Shown here in pieces: positions 27,709 to 36,530 of a stretch of DNA of 40,984 bases. A model generated the notes under the pieces. The model was given only the letters and a program-made list of their open reading frames with translations. It searched no databases and was not told the origin of the DNA. Every line of letters starts with the position of its first letter. The stretch's first letter is position 1. The stretch lies in contig JBGPDH010000003.1 of NCBI GenBank assembly GCA_041482195.1, forward strand, positions 1 to 40,984. The letters run 5' to 3'. Source of the DNA: Verrucomicrobiia bacterium (GTDB taxonomy: Bacteria; Verrucomicrobiota; Verrucomicrobiia; Limisphaerales; UBA11358). Both the position numbers and the translations under genes were made by a program.

Positions 27709-28788
27709 TCAGCTGTTTAACGCTTTTAACCTCTCTTCCAGGTCATGCGTCATCAGCGGGTCGATCATCGGGTCAAGATCGCCATCTATGAAGTTCGCCA
27801 GATTATAGAGCGTCACTTCGACGCGATGGTCGGTGACGCGATTCTGTGGGAAATTGTACGTGCGGATTTTTTCGTTGCGTTCTCCGGTGCCAATCTGCTG
27901 TTTGCGGTTGGCGGCGTACCTGGCGTTTTCCTCGGCAATTTTTACTTCCAGTAGACGTGAGCGCAAGACGGTCATCGCCCTGGCCCGGTTCTTTTGCTGC
28001 GAACGTTCATCCGCGCAGCGCACAATCAACCCGCTGGGCTTGTGCTGGATTTGCACGGCTGAGTCAGTGGTATTTACGCCCTGGCCACCCTTGCCGGACG
28101 CGCGGCAAACGTTGATCTCAATATCTTCGGGCCTAATCTCGATGTCCACTTCCTGCGCTTCGGGCAGTACGGCGACAGTACTGGTGCTGGTATGGATCCG
28201 TCCCTGAGCTTCGGTTGCCGGCACGCGCTGGACGCGATGCACACCGCTCTCGTATTTGAGCCGTTTGTAAACGTCCGTGCCATTGATCTGGAACACAATC
28301 TCTTTGAATCCACCGAGATCCGAGGGATTGGAATCAAGTGTTTCGACCTTCCAGCCCCGACCTTCGGCATAACGGCAATACATCCGGTAAAGGTCGGCGG
28401 AGAACAGCGCGGATTCCGAGCCCCCGGCCCCGGCGCGGATTTCGATGATGGTATTGCGCGAATCGGTCGGGTCCGGCGGCACAAGGCCGAATTGGATTTG
28501 CTGCGCGTGTTTTTTTTCGTCCGCTTCGAGCCGGGTGATTTCCTCTTTGGCCATCACCGCCAGCTCGGATTCCGCCGGTTCGGATTTCAACAACGCACGG
28601 TTTTGGTCCAAATCGGCGCGCGTCTTCAGGTAATGGTCACCCTGCGCCACCAGCTCCTTGAGCCGGGCGTATTCACGGGACAGTTCCTGCGCGCGCTGCG
28701 GGTTGTCGAAGGCCTTCGGATTACTCAGGGCGGCCTCAACTTCGGCGTAGCGGTTGCGGAATTTCTCGATGTGTGGTCTTAAATCCAT
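27709..28788 (-). CDS. prfA: Peptide chain release factor 1
   Basis: PAT specificity motif (RVPATE) and GGQ. ATG 28788 chosen as start. Confidence 0.96.
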   Translation of the reverse strand: MDLRPHIEKFRNRYAEVEAALSNPKAFDNPQRAQELSREYARLKELVAQGDHYLKTRADLDQNRALLKSEPAESELAVMAKEEITRLEADEKKHAQQIQFGLVPPDPTDSRNTIIEIRAGAGGSESALFSADLYRMYCRYAEGRGWKVETLDSNPSDLGGFKEIVFQINGTDVYKRLKYESGVHRVQRVPATEAQGRIHTSTSTVAVLPEAQEVDIEIRPEDIEINVCRASGKGGQGVNTTDSAVQIQHKPSGLIVRCADERSQQKNRARAMTVLRSRLLEVKIAEENARYAANRKQQIGTGERNEKIRTYNFPQNRVTDHRVEVTLYNLANFIDGDLDPMIDPLMTHDLEERLKALNS

Positions 28789-28794
28789 CTTTGC

Positions 28795-28837
28795 AAAAAA
28801 GAATCCGCCCACGAGTGCCGACGCACCCGCGGGCGGA
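28795..28837 (-). terminator. Intrinsic terminator between rpmE and prfA
   Basis: Minus strand reads TCCGCCCGCGGGTGC-GTCG-GCACTCGTGGGCGGA-TTC-T6; the two mismatches become G:U pairs in this orientation. Confidence 0.75.
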
Positions 28838-28851
28838 ATGAAATCGGGTCG

Positions 28852-29097
28852 CTAAGCCTTCTTTTTCTTTTTCGTCGCAAACGCGGCCTGGGCGGCCTGG
28901 GTCTTGGCGGCGCGCTGCTGGAATTTGTCGACGCGCCCGGCGGTGTCCACAAACTTCTGCTGGCCCGTATAAAACGGATGGCAGACGTTGCAAATGCCGA
29001 CAATGACCACGGGCTTGGTGGAGCGCGTCTTGATCACGTTGCCACAGGCGCAACGGATTTCCGCGTCCACGTATTTCGGATGAATGTCCATCTTCAT
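28852..29097 (-). CDS. rpmE: 50S ribosomal protein L31 (Zn-binding type)
   Basis: [29 protein letters not shown]. Confidence 0.95.
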   Translation of the reverse strand: MKMDIHPKYVDAEIRCACGNVIKTRSTKPVVIVGICNVCHPFYTGQQKFVDTAGRVDKFQQRAAKTQAAQAAFATKKKKKA

Positions 29098-29246
29098 AAA
29101 AAGGGGCACGAAACTACCATGAATTCGGCGAATGACAAGACGGAAATTGCAGGAACAAATACAGGCAACCTATTATCATCGGCGAAGACACCTCGGGCTT
29201 TTTCGCTTTGCGCCTGTAATATAAAAAGTTTAAGGTTCATGCGGCT

Positions 29247-29320
29247 TGTCCGATGGTGTAATGGTAACACAGCGCCCTTTGGAGGCGTTATTCTTGGTTC
29301 GAATCCAAGTCGGACAGCCA
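29247..29320 (+). tRNA. tRNA-Gln (anticodon TTG)
   Basis: TGTCCGA/TCGGACA acceptor stem, GCGCC-CTTTGGA-GGCGT anticodon arm, CTTGG-TTCGAAT-CCAAG T-arm and CCA. Confidence 0.96.
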
Positions 29321-29329
29321 GTTGCGTAG

Positions 29330-31288
29330 TTATTCTTCAAGCCCGACCTCTCCGGAAGCGTCACCGCATGGTTCCACTGAAGAAGTAATTTTCCCATTGG
29401 CAACCCCGCTGCGTCTTAACCACACCAGCAAAATTCCAATATCTGCGGGGGAAACGCCGGAGATTCGAGCAGCCTGGCCAATGGTCGCAGGCCGAATCTT
29501 GCTGAGTTTCTGCAGAGCTTCCAGTCTTAGACTCGGTACCTTGGAAAAATCGAAGGTATCAGGGATGATTTTATCCTCCAGGGTCTTGAATTTTTCAACT
29601 TCGAGTTCCTGCCTGTCGATATAGCCGGCGTACTTAACGGCGATTTCAACTTGTTGAATGACCTCGTCCGACAATAACTCATTTCTGTCAGGCAAATCCT
29701 GGTAAGAAATCTCAGGCCGAGCGAGCAGCTTGATTAAACTTGTTGAACCATAACGAGTTGTATTAATTCTATTCAATTCGTTTCCGATCGCCTGTTGTTT
29801 TTGGCGGAATTTCCGGTAGTTGCGGTCTGGCAAAAGTCCGACTTGGTAGCCTAACTCGGAAAGCCTTAAGTCAGCATTGTCCTGGCGCAACAGTAGTCGG
29901 TACTCTGCCCGTGAGGTGAACATGCGGTAAGGTTCGGTAGTTCCTTTAGTAACCAAATCGTCTATTAATACGCCGATATACGCTTGGTCGCGTCGCAAGA
30001 TAAAGGAGTCGAGATTTTTGGTTCGCCGTGCTGCGTTAATTCCTGCTATAAGACCTTGAGCTCCAGCTTCTTCGTATCCTGATGTGCCATTAATCTGGCC
30101 TGCCAGGAAAAGATTCCGGCAAACTTTGGTTTCCAGCGTCGGAAATAATTGTGTCGGGAAAACCAGATCGTATTCGACGGCATACGCCGGACGGATAATC
30201 TCAGCAGCTTCGCATCCGATGATGGTTCGAACCAAATCGACCTGCACTTCAAACGGAAGACTGGTTGAAAAGCCGTTGACATAGATTTCATCTGTCTCAA
30301 TGCCCTCAGGCTCGAGAAAGATCTGATGCCGCTCCTTTTGACTGAATCTCACGATCTTATCTTCGATTGACGGACAATATCTTGGTCCAACTCCTTGAAT
30401 TATACCAGAATACAAAGGAGATTTATGTAGATTCTCCTTAATTAACACTGCTGTTTTTGGAGTTGTATAAGTGATATGACATGGCAATTGGCCGTTGATC
30501 CGTTCGAGAATTGATCCAGGAGGATAATTAGTGCCTACTTTTCCAAGCCTTGACCCGCCATCGTCAGGCTGTTCCACGTGGAACAAATCATCTTTCCAGT
30601 ACGTAAAGTACGGGACTGGCTCATCCCCTGGTTGGGTCTCTGTTTTTGAAAAGTCGATTGAGCGTTTAAGTAAACGAGGCGGAGTTCCTGTTTTAAAGCG
30701 GCCTAATTCCAAGCCGATTTCTTGGAGCGATGACGAAAGGCTCATCGCGGCTACGTCACCGGCGCGCCCGCCGGTCTGCTGATTTGATCCGATGTGCATG
30801 AGTCCTTTTAGAAAAGTGCCAGTGGTTACAACCACGGTCTTTCCCGAAAACTGCACCTGCATGGTCGTTTCAACACCACAAGCTTCGCCGTCTTTGTGAA
30901 GTATCTTCGCTGATTGGCCCTGTCTTACATCGAGATTCGGCTCCATTTCGCAAATCCACTTTAGCCGGAATTGATAGGACTTCTTGTCGCACTGGGCGCG
31001 TGGGGCCCAAACGGCAGGGCCTTTCTTTGTGTTCAGCATCCGGAATTGAAGTCCGGTCATGTCGGTATTCTTTCCCATTTCACCTCCCAAGGCATCGATT
31101 TCGCGCGCCAGATGCCCTTTAGCCAACCCTCCAATCGCCGGGTTGCAGGACATTTGGCCGACGGTATCCGCGTTCATCGTCAATAGCAGAGTCTGACAGC
31201 CCATGCGTGCTGCAGCCAAAGCCGCTTCAACTCCGGCGTGACCAGCGCCAACGACGATGACGTCATATGACTTTGGATAAACAAACAT
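29330..31288 (-). CDS. mnmG: tRNA uridine-5-carboxymethylaminomethyl(34) synthesis enzyme MnmG (GidA)
   Basis: GAGHAG, MSCNPAIGG, GPRYCPSIEDK, GQINGTSGYEEA and EPYRMFTSRAEYRL. Confidence 0.97.
   Translation of the reverse strand: MFVYPKSYDVIVVGAGHAGVEAALAAARMGCQTLLLTMNADTVGQMSCNPAIGGLAKGHLAREIDALGGEMGKNTDMTGLQFRMLNTKKGPAVWAPRAQCDKKSYQFRLKWICEMEPNLDVRQGQSAKILHKDGEACGVETTMQVQFSGKTVVVTTGTFLKGLMHIGSNQQTGGRAGDVAAMSLSSSLQEIGLELGRFKTGTPPRLLKRSIDFSKTETQPGDEPVPYFTYWKDDLFHVEQPDDGGSRLGKVGTNYPPGSILERINGQLPCHITYTTPKTAVLIKENLHKSPLYSGIIQGVGPRYCPSIEDKIVRFSQKERHQIFLEPEGIETDEIYVNGFSTSLPFEVQVDLVRTIIGCEAAEIIRPAYAVEYDLVFPTQLFPTLETKVCRNLFLAGQINGTSGYEEAGAQGLIAGINAARRTKNLDSFILRRDQAYIGVLIDDLVTKGTTEPYRMFTSRAEYRLLLRQDNADLRLSELGYQVGLLPDRNYRKFRQKQQAIGNELNRINTTRYGSTSLIKLLARPEISYQDLPDRNELLSDEVIQQVEIAVKYAGYIDRQELEVEKFKTLEDKIIPDTFDFSKVPSLRLEALQKLSKIRPATIGQAARISGVSPADIGILLVWLRRSGVANGKITSSVEPCGDASGEVGLEE
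30570..30585. promoter_or_regulatory. parS centromere-like site
   Basis: Perfect 16-bp palindrome TGTTCCACGTGGAACA, matching the conserved bacterial parS consensus (TGTTtCACGTGaAACA type). Confidence 0.85.
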
Positions 31289-31294
31289 GAAGGG

Positions 31295-32890
31295 TCAGCT
31301 TAAGCGATATTTTGAATCGAGGAAAGAACGTCCTTGGACTTTGCGGACGCGCCGATTTTGGTTTGCTGTTAAATGCTGAATAACTTTGTTGACCATCTCT
31401 ATATCATCTTCACAATGAATTAGTTGCGAAATTTCATTCACAGTGAATAACTTGTTTGGATTATTGGAAAAGCAATTCAAAATTCTCCTTTGAATCTCAA
31501 TAACTTGGCCAGCAGCTTTCTTTCCGGCTTCAACCCCAGGTTGGTGGTAGGCATTGATGCCTATGAAGGAAGCATAGAAGCCAACTGCCCTTTCAAATAG
31601 TGCTATCAATTTGCCAGTGCTTTGAGCGGACACATCGTTCACAGTGATCGTCAAGGATTCCCGATCCTTCTCGGCCAGGGCTTGTCGAGTCCCTAGATAA
31701 AATCCGTGCAGAAAGTCTCCAGCGGTCACATCGGTTTCGACCATGAAATCTGAACCCTGACCATCTTCCAGTACCTCAATGAAAGTCGCAAAAAAGTCAT
31801 TCGGTCCATCACGCAATTGCTGAACGTAGGCGTGTTGGTCCGTGGATCCTTTGTTGCCGAAAACGGTTATTCCCTGATTAACAACATCCCGATTTAGATT
31901 TAATTCCTTACCCAGTGATTCCATTACCAATTGCTGTAGATACTTGGAAAACAGCTCTAATCGGTCTTTATACGGCAAAACAACCATGTTTTTGACTCCT
32001 TTACCGTTACCGGAATGATACCATGCCAAGGCGAGTTGTAGTGCAGGATTGTCTTTAACATTTGGATTCCGAGTTAAATTATCCATTTCACAAGCACCTG
32101 ATAGCAAGCTTGATATGTCAATTCCTTGCAGTGCGGCTGGCAACAGACCGACTAGAGATAATTCACTGGTTCGTCCGCCAACCCAATCCCACATTGGAAA
32201 TCGTGAGAGCCATTTGTTTTGCACTGCATATCTATCCAGTTCGCTCCCGACCATCGTTGTAGCGATGGCATGAGTGCCAAAGTCCAAGCCTGCCTGTTCG
32301 TAAGCCGTTTGGGCAATGAGCATCCCGTTTCGAGTTTCCTTAGTCCCGCCGGATTTGGATATCACGATGCAGAGAGTTCGATTTAAATCCGGGCCAATCG
32401 TCGCCAGGACGCGATTCATTCCGTCCGGGTCGGTATTATCAAAAAAGAAAGGCTTGATTTTATCGCTACGCGGATCACCCAGGGCGTGCGCGACAAATTG
32501 TGGGCCGAGGGCCGAGCCACCGATGCCAATCAGTAAATAGTTTATAAATAAACCGCCTTTACCGCGAATTTGGCCCGAATGAACCCGGGTGGCGAACTCT
32601 ATGACCCGTTTGGTTGTTTGCTCGATTTCATCGCGGATTTCCTGGGTTGGTGCGAGGCCGGGATTTCGTAACCAATAATGACCAACCATCCGGTTCTCAT
32701 CGGGGTTTGCAATGGCACCCTTTTCCAACGCTGCCATATCCGCCGATGCTTTTTTGACATCCGGCTCCATCCTGGCAAAAAACTCATCGGACACTTTCAT
32801 CCGGCTCAAGTCTACTGCCAGACCGGCTGCAGGAAACTCGGTGTAATACTTTTGAAATCGCTCCCACCACTCTAATTTCGTGTAATTCAT
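31295..32890 (-). CDS. pgi: Glucose-6-phosphate isomerase
   Basis: IGIGGSALG, SKSGGTKET, DWVGGRTS, QQLVMESLGK and AYHQPGVEAGK. Confidence 0.96.
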   Translation of the reverse strand: MNYTKLEWWERFQKYYTEFPAAGLAVDLSRMKVSDEFFARMEPDVKKASADMAALEKGAIANPDENRMVGHYWLRNPGLAPTQEIRDEIEQTTKRVIEFATRVHSGQIRGKGGLFINYLLIGIGGSALGPQFVAHALGDPRSDKIKPFFFDNTDPDGMNRVLATIGPDLNRTLCIVISKSGGTKETRNGMLIAQTAYEQAGLDFGTHAIATTMVGSELDRYAVQNKWLSRFPMWDWVGGRTSELSLVGLLPAALQGIDISSLLSGACEMDNLTRNPNVKDNPALQLALAWYHSGNGKGVKNMVVLPYKDRLELFSKYLQQLVMESLGKELNLNRDVVNQGITVFGNKGSTDQHAYVQQLRDGPNDFFATFIEVLEDGQGSDFMVETDVTAGDFLHGFYLGTRQALAEKDRESLTITVNDVSAQSTGKLIALFERAVGFYASFIGINAYHQPGVEAGKKAAGQVIEIQRRILNCFSNNPNKLFTVNEISQLIHCEDDIEMVNKVIQHLTANQNRRVRKVQGRSFLDSKYRLS

Positions 32891-33020
32891 AAAATTCAGT
32901 TTCGTATGGTTGGATAGATTTGGCGCCCGTTTCTGGCAAGCAAATAGCGCAATAGATTTTATCGCGAGTAAACGGAGACCGGACGGGCAGTTCGAAGGCC
33001 GGTAAACGATTCGTTCGGAC

Positions 33021-34751
33021 TTACCGTGCCGGCAAGGTAATCACGAGGCTGGTCCCGTGTTGGAGGCGGGACTTAATCCGGATAGTACCGCGGTGGGTCT
33101 CGATAATGCGTCCGACGATGGCCAGGCCCAGGCCGGTGCCTTTGGCCTTGGTGGTGCTTAATACCGCGGTAAAAGCGCGCTTTTGCAATTCTTCACTCAT
33201 GCCCTTGCCGGTGTCCTTGACTTCCACCGAGACATGGGTTGGCTTCTCGCTGGCGCGCGGTGCGCGGACGGCCCGCGATTTGATAACGAGCGTGCCTCCC
33301 TCGGGCATCGCTTCCGTGGCATTAAGGATCAGGTTCAAAAAGACCTGTTCCAGTTGAGGTGCGTCGCCCATGACCAGAGGTAAATCCGACGCCAACTCGC
33401 GAACCAGTTTTACATTTTGATTGGCCAGTTTATGACGTACCAGCAGACCGAGTTCGTCGATCAATTCGTTTAAATTCACCGGGGCGAGCCGGGGTTCGGT
33501 CGTGCGGGCAAACGCCAGGATCCGTTCCACGATTTTGTTCAGGTGTTCGATTTTGGCATCAATCAGCCGGGCATCCTTGGCGCGCGGATCGCTGGCGGGA
33601 AACTTCAAGTCCAACGAATGGTAAAGCAATTTCACCACCGTGAGCGGGTTGCGGATTTCGTGCGCGACTTCGGCAGCCAGCAGGCCCAGGGCCGATAGTT
33701 TTTCGTTTTGCCGCAATTGTTCCTCCACGTCCACGATGCGCTCATAGAGCCGCGCCTTTTCGATGGCGATACCCGACAATTCCGCCAGGGCGCCCAGGAT
33801 GCGGATTTCTTCATTGGAAAAATTGTAGGGCAGTCCGGTATAAACACTCAACGTGCCGGTGGCCTGGCCGGCAAACAACAACGGCACGCTCAACAGTGAA
33901 ACCAATCCCTCGCGCCGGGCGACCTCGACGTTCTGATAACGATTCGAAGTCTGGACATTTTCCAGTTGCAACGGTTTTTTGCGGCGAACGACGACGCCGA
34001 GAACGCTCTCTTCGACGCTCAACCGCGGTTTTTTGAGATAGGCTTTGCCGGCACCGTAACTGGCGCGCAAATCCAGCCACTCGCGACTTTCATCGAGCAT
34101 CATCAACGAACACATGCGCCCCTGCATGAGCACGCACGCTTCCTGCGTGATGACGCGCAACGCCTCATCGAGATTCAACGTGGAATTGATGGTGCGGCTC
34201 ACGCTCGCGAGCGACTCGAACAGGCGCGCTTTCAGGCGCAGTTGCTCGTAGAGCCAGGTATTTTGAATCACCTTCGCGGCCTGCACTGCCAGTTCCTGCA
34301 ACAGTTCCTGATCGTCCGCGCTGAACGCGTCCACCCGATCCGAATCCACGTTCAACACACCGCGGATCTCGCCGTTGACCTCCAGGGGCACCGCCAGCTC
34401 CGAACCCACGCCGGCCCGGACGGGAACATACCGCGGGTCCTGGGTGACGTCGCCGACACAGGCGGGTTTGCCGTGGCGCGCGACCCAGCCCGTAACGCCT
34501 TCGCCCAGCCGCAATTGCAATCGCTGGGCGCTTGCGGGCAGCCCCTGGGCCGCGTGAATTTCCAGAAACCCCGAGGTCGGGTTGATCAGGACCACCGAGC
34601 CGCTGGAAGCGCGCATCAGACGGACCGCCTCGCTCACGATTAATTGCAATGCCTCCTGCGAATCCAGGGTCGAATGAATGACATTGCTGACCTGGTAGAG
34701 CAGGTTCAGTCGCTCGTAACGCAACAACAAGGAAGTCAATTCATCGTTCAT
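33021..34751 (-). CDS. Cytoplasmic GAF-GAF histidine kinase
   Basis: Two GAF domains, AHEIRNPL, NLILNA, DTGKG and GTGLGL. Confidence 0.92.
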   Translation of the reverse strand: MNDELTSLLLRYERLNLLYQVSNVIHSTLDSQEALQLIVSEAVRLMRASSGSVVLINPTSGFLEIHAAQGLPASAQRLQLRLGEGVTGWVARHGKPACVGDVTQDPRYVPVRAGVGSELAVPLEVNGEIRGVLNVDSDRVDAFSADDQELLQELAVQAAKVIQNTWLYEQLRLKARLFESLASVSRTINSTLNLDEALRVITQEACVLMQGRMCSLMMLDESREWLDLRASYGAGKAYLKKPRLSVEESVLGVVVRRKKPLQLENVQTSNRYQNVEVARREGLVSLLSVPLLFAGQATGTLSVYTGLPYNFSNEEIRILGALAELSGIAIEKARLYERIVDVEEQLRQNEKLSALGLLAAEVAHEIRNPLTVVKLLYHSLDLKFPASDPRAKDARLIDAKIEHLNKIVERILAFARTTEPRLAPVNLNELIDELGLLVRHKLANQNVKLVRELASDLPLVMGDAPQLEQVFLNLILNATEAMPEGGTLVIKSRAVRAPRASEKPTHVSVEVKDTGKGMSEELQKRAFTAVLSTTKAKGTGLGLAIVGRIIETHRGTIRIKSRLQHGTSLVITLPAR

Positions 34752-34766
34752 TTTTACCCGGAGTGA

Positions 34767-35876
34767 TTACCGTATCCGTGCCATGGCAAACAACCCGACC
34801 GCCGCGAAAAAAAGGTTGGGCAGCCAGGCCGCCAGCCACGACGGCAAATAGCCGCCCATGCCCAACGCCAACCCGACTTGTTGGAGCGCAAAGTAGGTGA
34901 AACAGATAAAAACACTGCCCGCGACACCGACAAAAAGGTTTCGTCGGCCGGGGGCCACGCCAAACGGGATGGCGATGAGTACCACGACGAGGCATGTCCA
35001 GGGTGCTGCCAATCGTCCTTCGAATTTGGTCCACCAGTTGGCCGCCTCGGCCGTCGGCAAATTCGGATGCCGACGCAGATATTCCCAAAGAACCGAAAGG
35101 GGTACGTTGAGATTGCGCGAATGCAGGGTCTGATACTGGCTCATCTTGATTTCGTTCTCAATTTTCGCCGGGGTTTCGTCAAATTCCGGCATGGCCAGTT
35201 CGTTGGTTTGAAGCAAGGGAACAATCGGTGCCGTTTCACCGGCCTGCACAAATTCCTTCACATTGAAAAACGCCCAGCCGGGGTCCGAATAAACGGCCCG
35301 GTCCGCATACAGTTTCCGGATGGAACCATCCGGCAAGGTCCAATTCACGATAATCGGGCCGGACATTTCTGCTGTTGGAGGACGATACGCGCTGAAGATC
35401 CAGATGCGATTGGCCCGCACATTGGTGAAGCCGTGGAACTGGTTCGGGGCGTCACTCCGCTTGGACACGTACCGTGTCAAAATGTGGTCCGCCCGGCTGG
35501 TACTGCGTGGGACAACGATTTCATTCAATGCGAACAGCGCAACGCTGGCAGCGAACCCCACCAAAAAGTAAGGCAGGCACAACCGCCACAAGCTCAAGCC
35601 CGCGGCACGCAAGGCGGTGATTTCATTATAACGGCTGTGATGGGCGAGCGTATAAAGCAACGCCAGCAGGAGGGCAATGGGCAGCACGGTGACCAGGCAC
35701 TCCGGCGTCCAGGCAACGCACAACTCAATCACGTCCAACAAATGCAGCTTGGCTTCCTGCAAATCGTCCAACCGGGCGAAAAGGCTGAAGGAAATCCAGA
35801 AGACCACAAAACCACCAAGGCAATACACCAGGGGGGTGAGCAGTTCGCGCAACAAATATCGGTCGAACAACCGCAT
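34767..35876 (-). CDS. LptF/LptG-family permease
   Basis: MRLFDRYLLRE start at ATG 35876, NEITALRAAGLS, a periplasmic jellyroll-like region and AAWLPN. The upstream extension in the ORF track overlaps tmRNA and is rejected. Confidence 0.9.
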   Translation of the reverse strand: MRLFDRYLLRELLTPLVYCLGGFVVFWISFSLFARLDDLQEAKLHLLDVIELCVAWTPECLVTVLPIALLLALLYTLAHHSRYNEITALRAAGLSLWRLCLPYFLVGFAASVALFALNEIVVPRSTSRADHILTRYVSKRSDAPNQFHGFTNVRANRIWIFSAYRPPTAEMSGPIIVNWTLPDGSIRKLYADRAVYSDPGWAFFNVKEFVQAGETAPIVPLLQTNELAMPEFDETPAKIENEIKMSQYQTLHSRNLNVPLSVLWEYLRRHPNLPTAEAANWWTKFEGRLAAPWTCLVVVLIAIPFGVAPGRRNLFVGVAGSVFICFTYFALQQVGLALGMGGYLPSWLAAWLPNLFFAAVGLFAMARIR

Positions 35877-35917
35877 TCCGGCAGGGTACGCGGCACGCGG
35901 GGAATTGAGCAAGTCTG

Positions 35918-36028
35918 GCCTGCCGAGTCGTAGCTCGGAGCACTTTTGGCAAACGGGTGTTGAAGTGGCCCACCTTCGCTGCGCCAGGCGCGGCCGTCTT
36001 CGCTTTCCGCGTTGCTCCGAGCGAAGAC
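35918..36028 (-). repeat. Structured palindromic (REP-like) element abutting the tmRNA 3' end
   Basis: Directly after CCA: GTCTTCGCT..AGCGAAGAC stem, a third GCGAAGG copy, and GCTCGGAGCA complementary to the distal TGCTCCGAGC. Confidence 0.55.
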
Positions 36029-36381
36029 TGGTGGAGGCGGCGGGAGTTGAACCCGCGTCCCTGGCAAACAAACCAGCCGCGACTACATGCTTAGTCCGGA
36101 GAATTTTTTCTGCTGTGCGATGGCGTCCGGACTCGAATCGCACTGCCTAGTCCGCATGGAATTTTCTCGGCCAACGACGCGCGGTCTCCGCCGTCAACCA
36201 TGCCTGCTATGGCGTTCGTCCGGCGTAGCAGGTGTCCACCGGCGAACGTCGCAGCACTTTAGGCCGCGAGAGCTAATTCTTCGTTAGCTGTTTTGTTTGA
36301 TGCGATGATTAACGAGGCCAACGCATCGTCCTCGGCATGCCGCCTCTGGCGCATTTTCCAGGTCGAAACCGGTGCGCCCCC
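36029..36381 (-). ncRNA. ssrA: tmRNA, tag (A)ANEELALAA
   Basis: 5' GGGGGCG..TTCGAC; 3' GACGCGGGTTCAACTCCCGCCGCCTCCACCA; PK1 (CGAGG/CCTCG, GATGCG/CGCATC) followed by GCT AAC GAA GAA TTA GCT CTC GCG GCC TAA. Confidence 0.96.
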
Positions 36382-36530
36382 AAAAGCGATCAAATCTATT
36401 TTCGCCCGTCCTGTGCCTCCGGTCAAGATCTGCAATTCGGTCAAATTAAACAAAGAAATCCAGGCTGTCGTTGGCACGCTTCGAAACCGAAGCCGACAGA
36501 GTGTCAGTCCTGCCTGATTTTCAACCGGTT

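Noticed and set aside
35877-36143. N-terminal extension of the LptF/G ORF
   Set aside because: It overlaps the tmRNA and the repeat element; the family-like sequence starts at ATG 35876.
36259-36477. 72-aa ORF ending ELALAA
   Set aside because: This is the tmRNA tag reading frame, not an independent gene.
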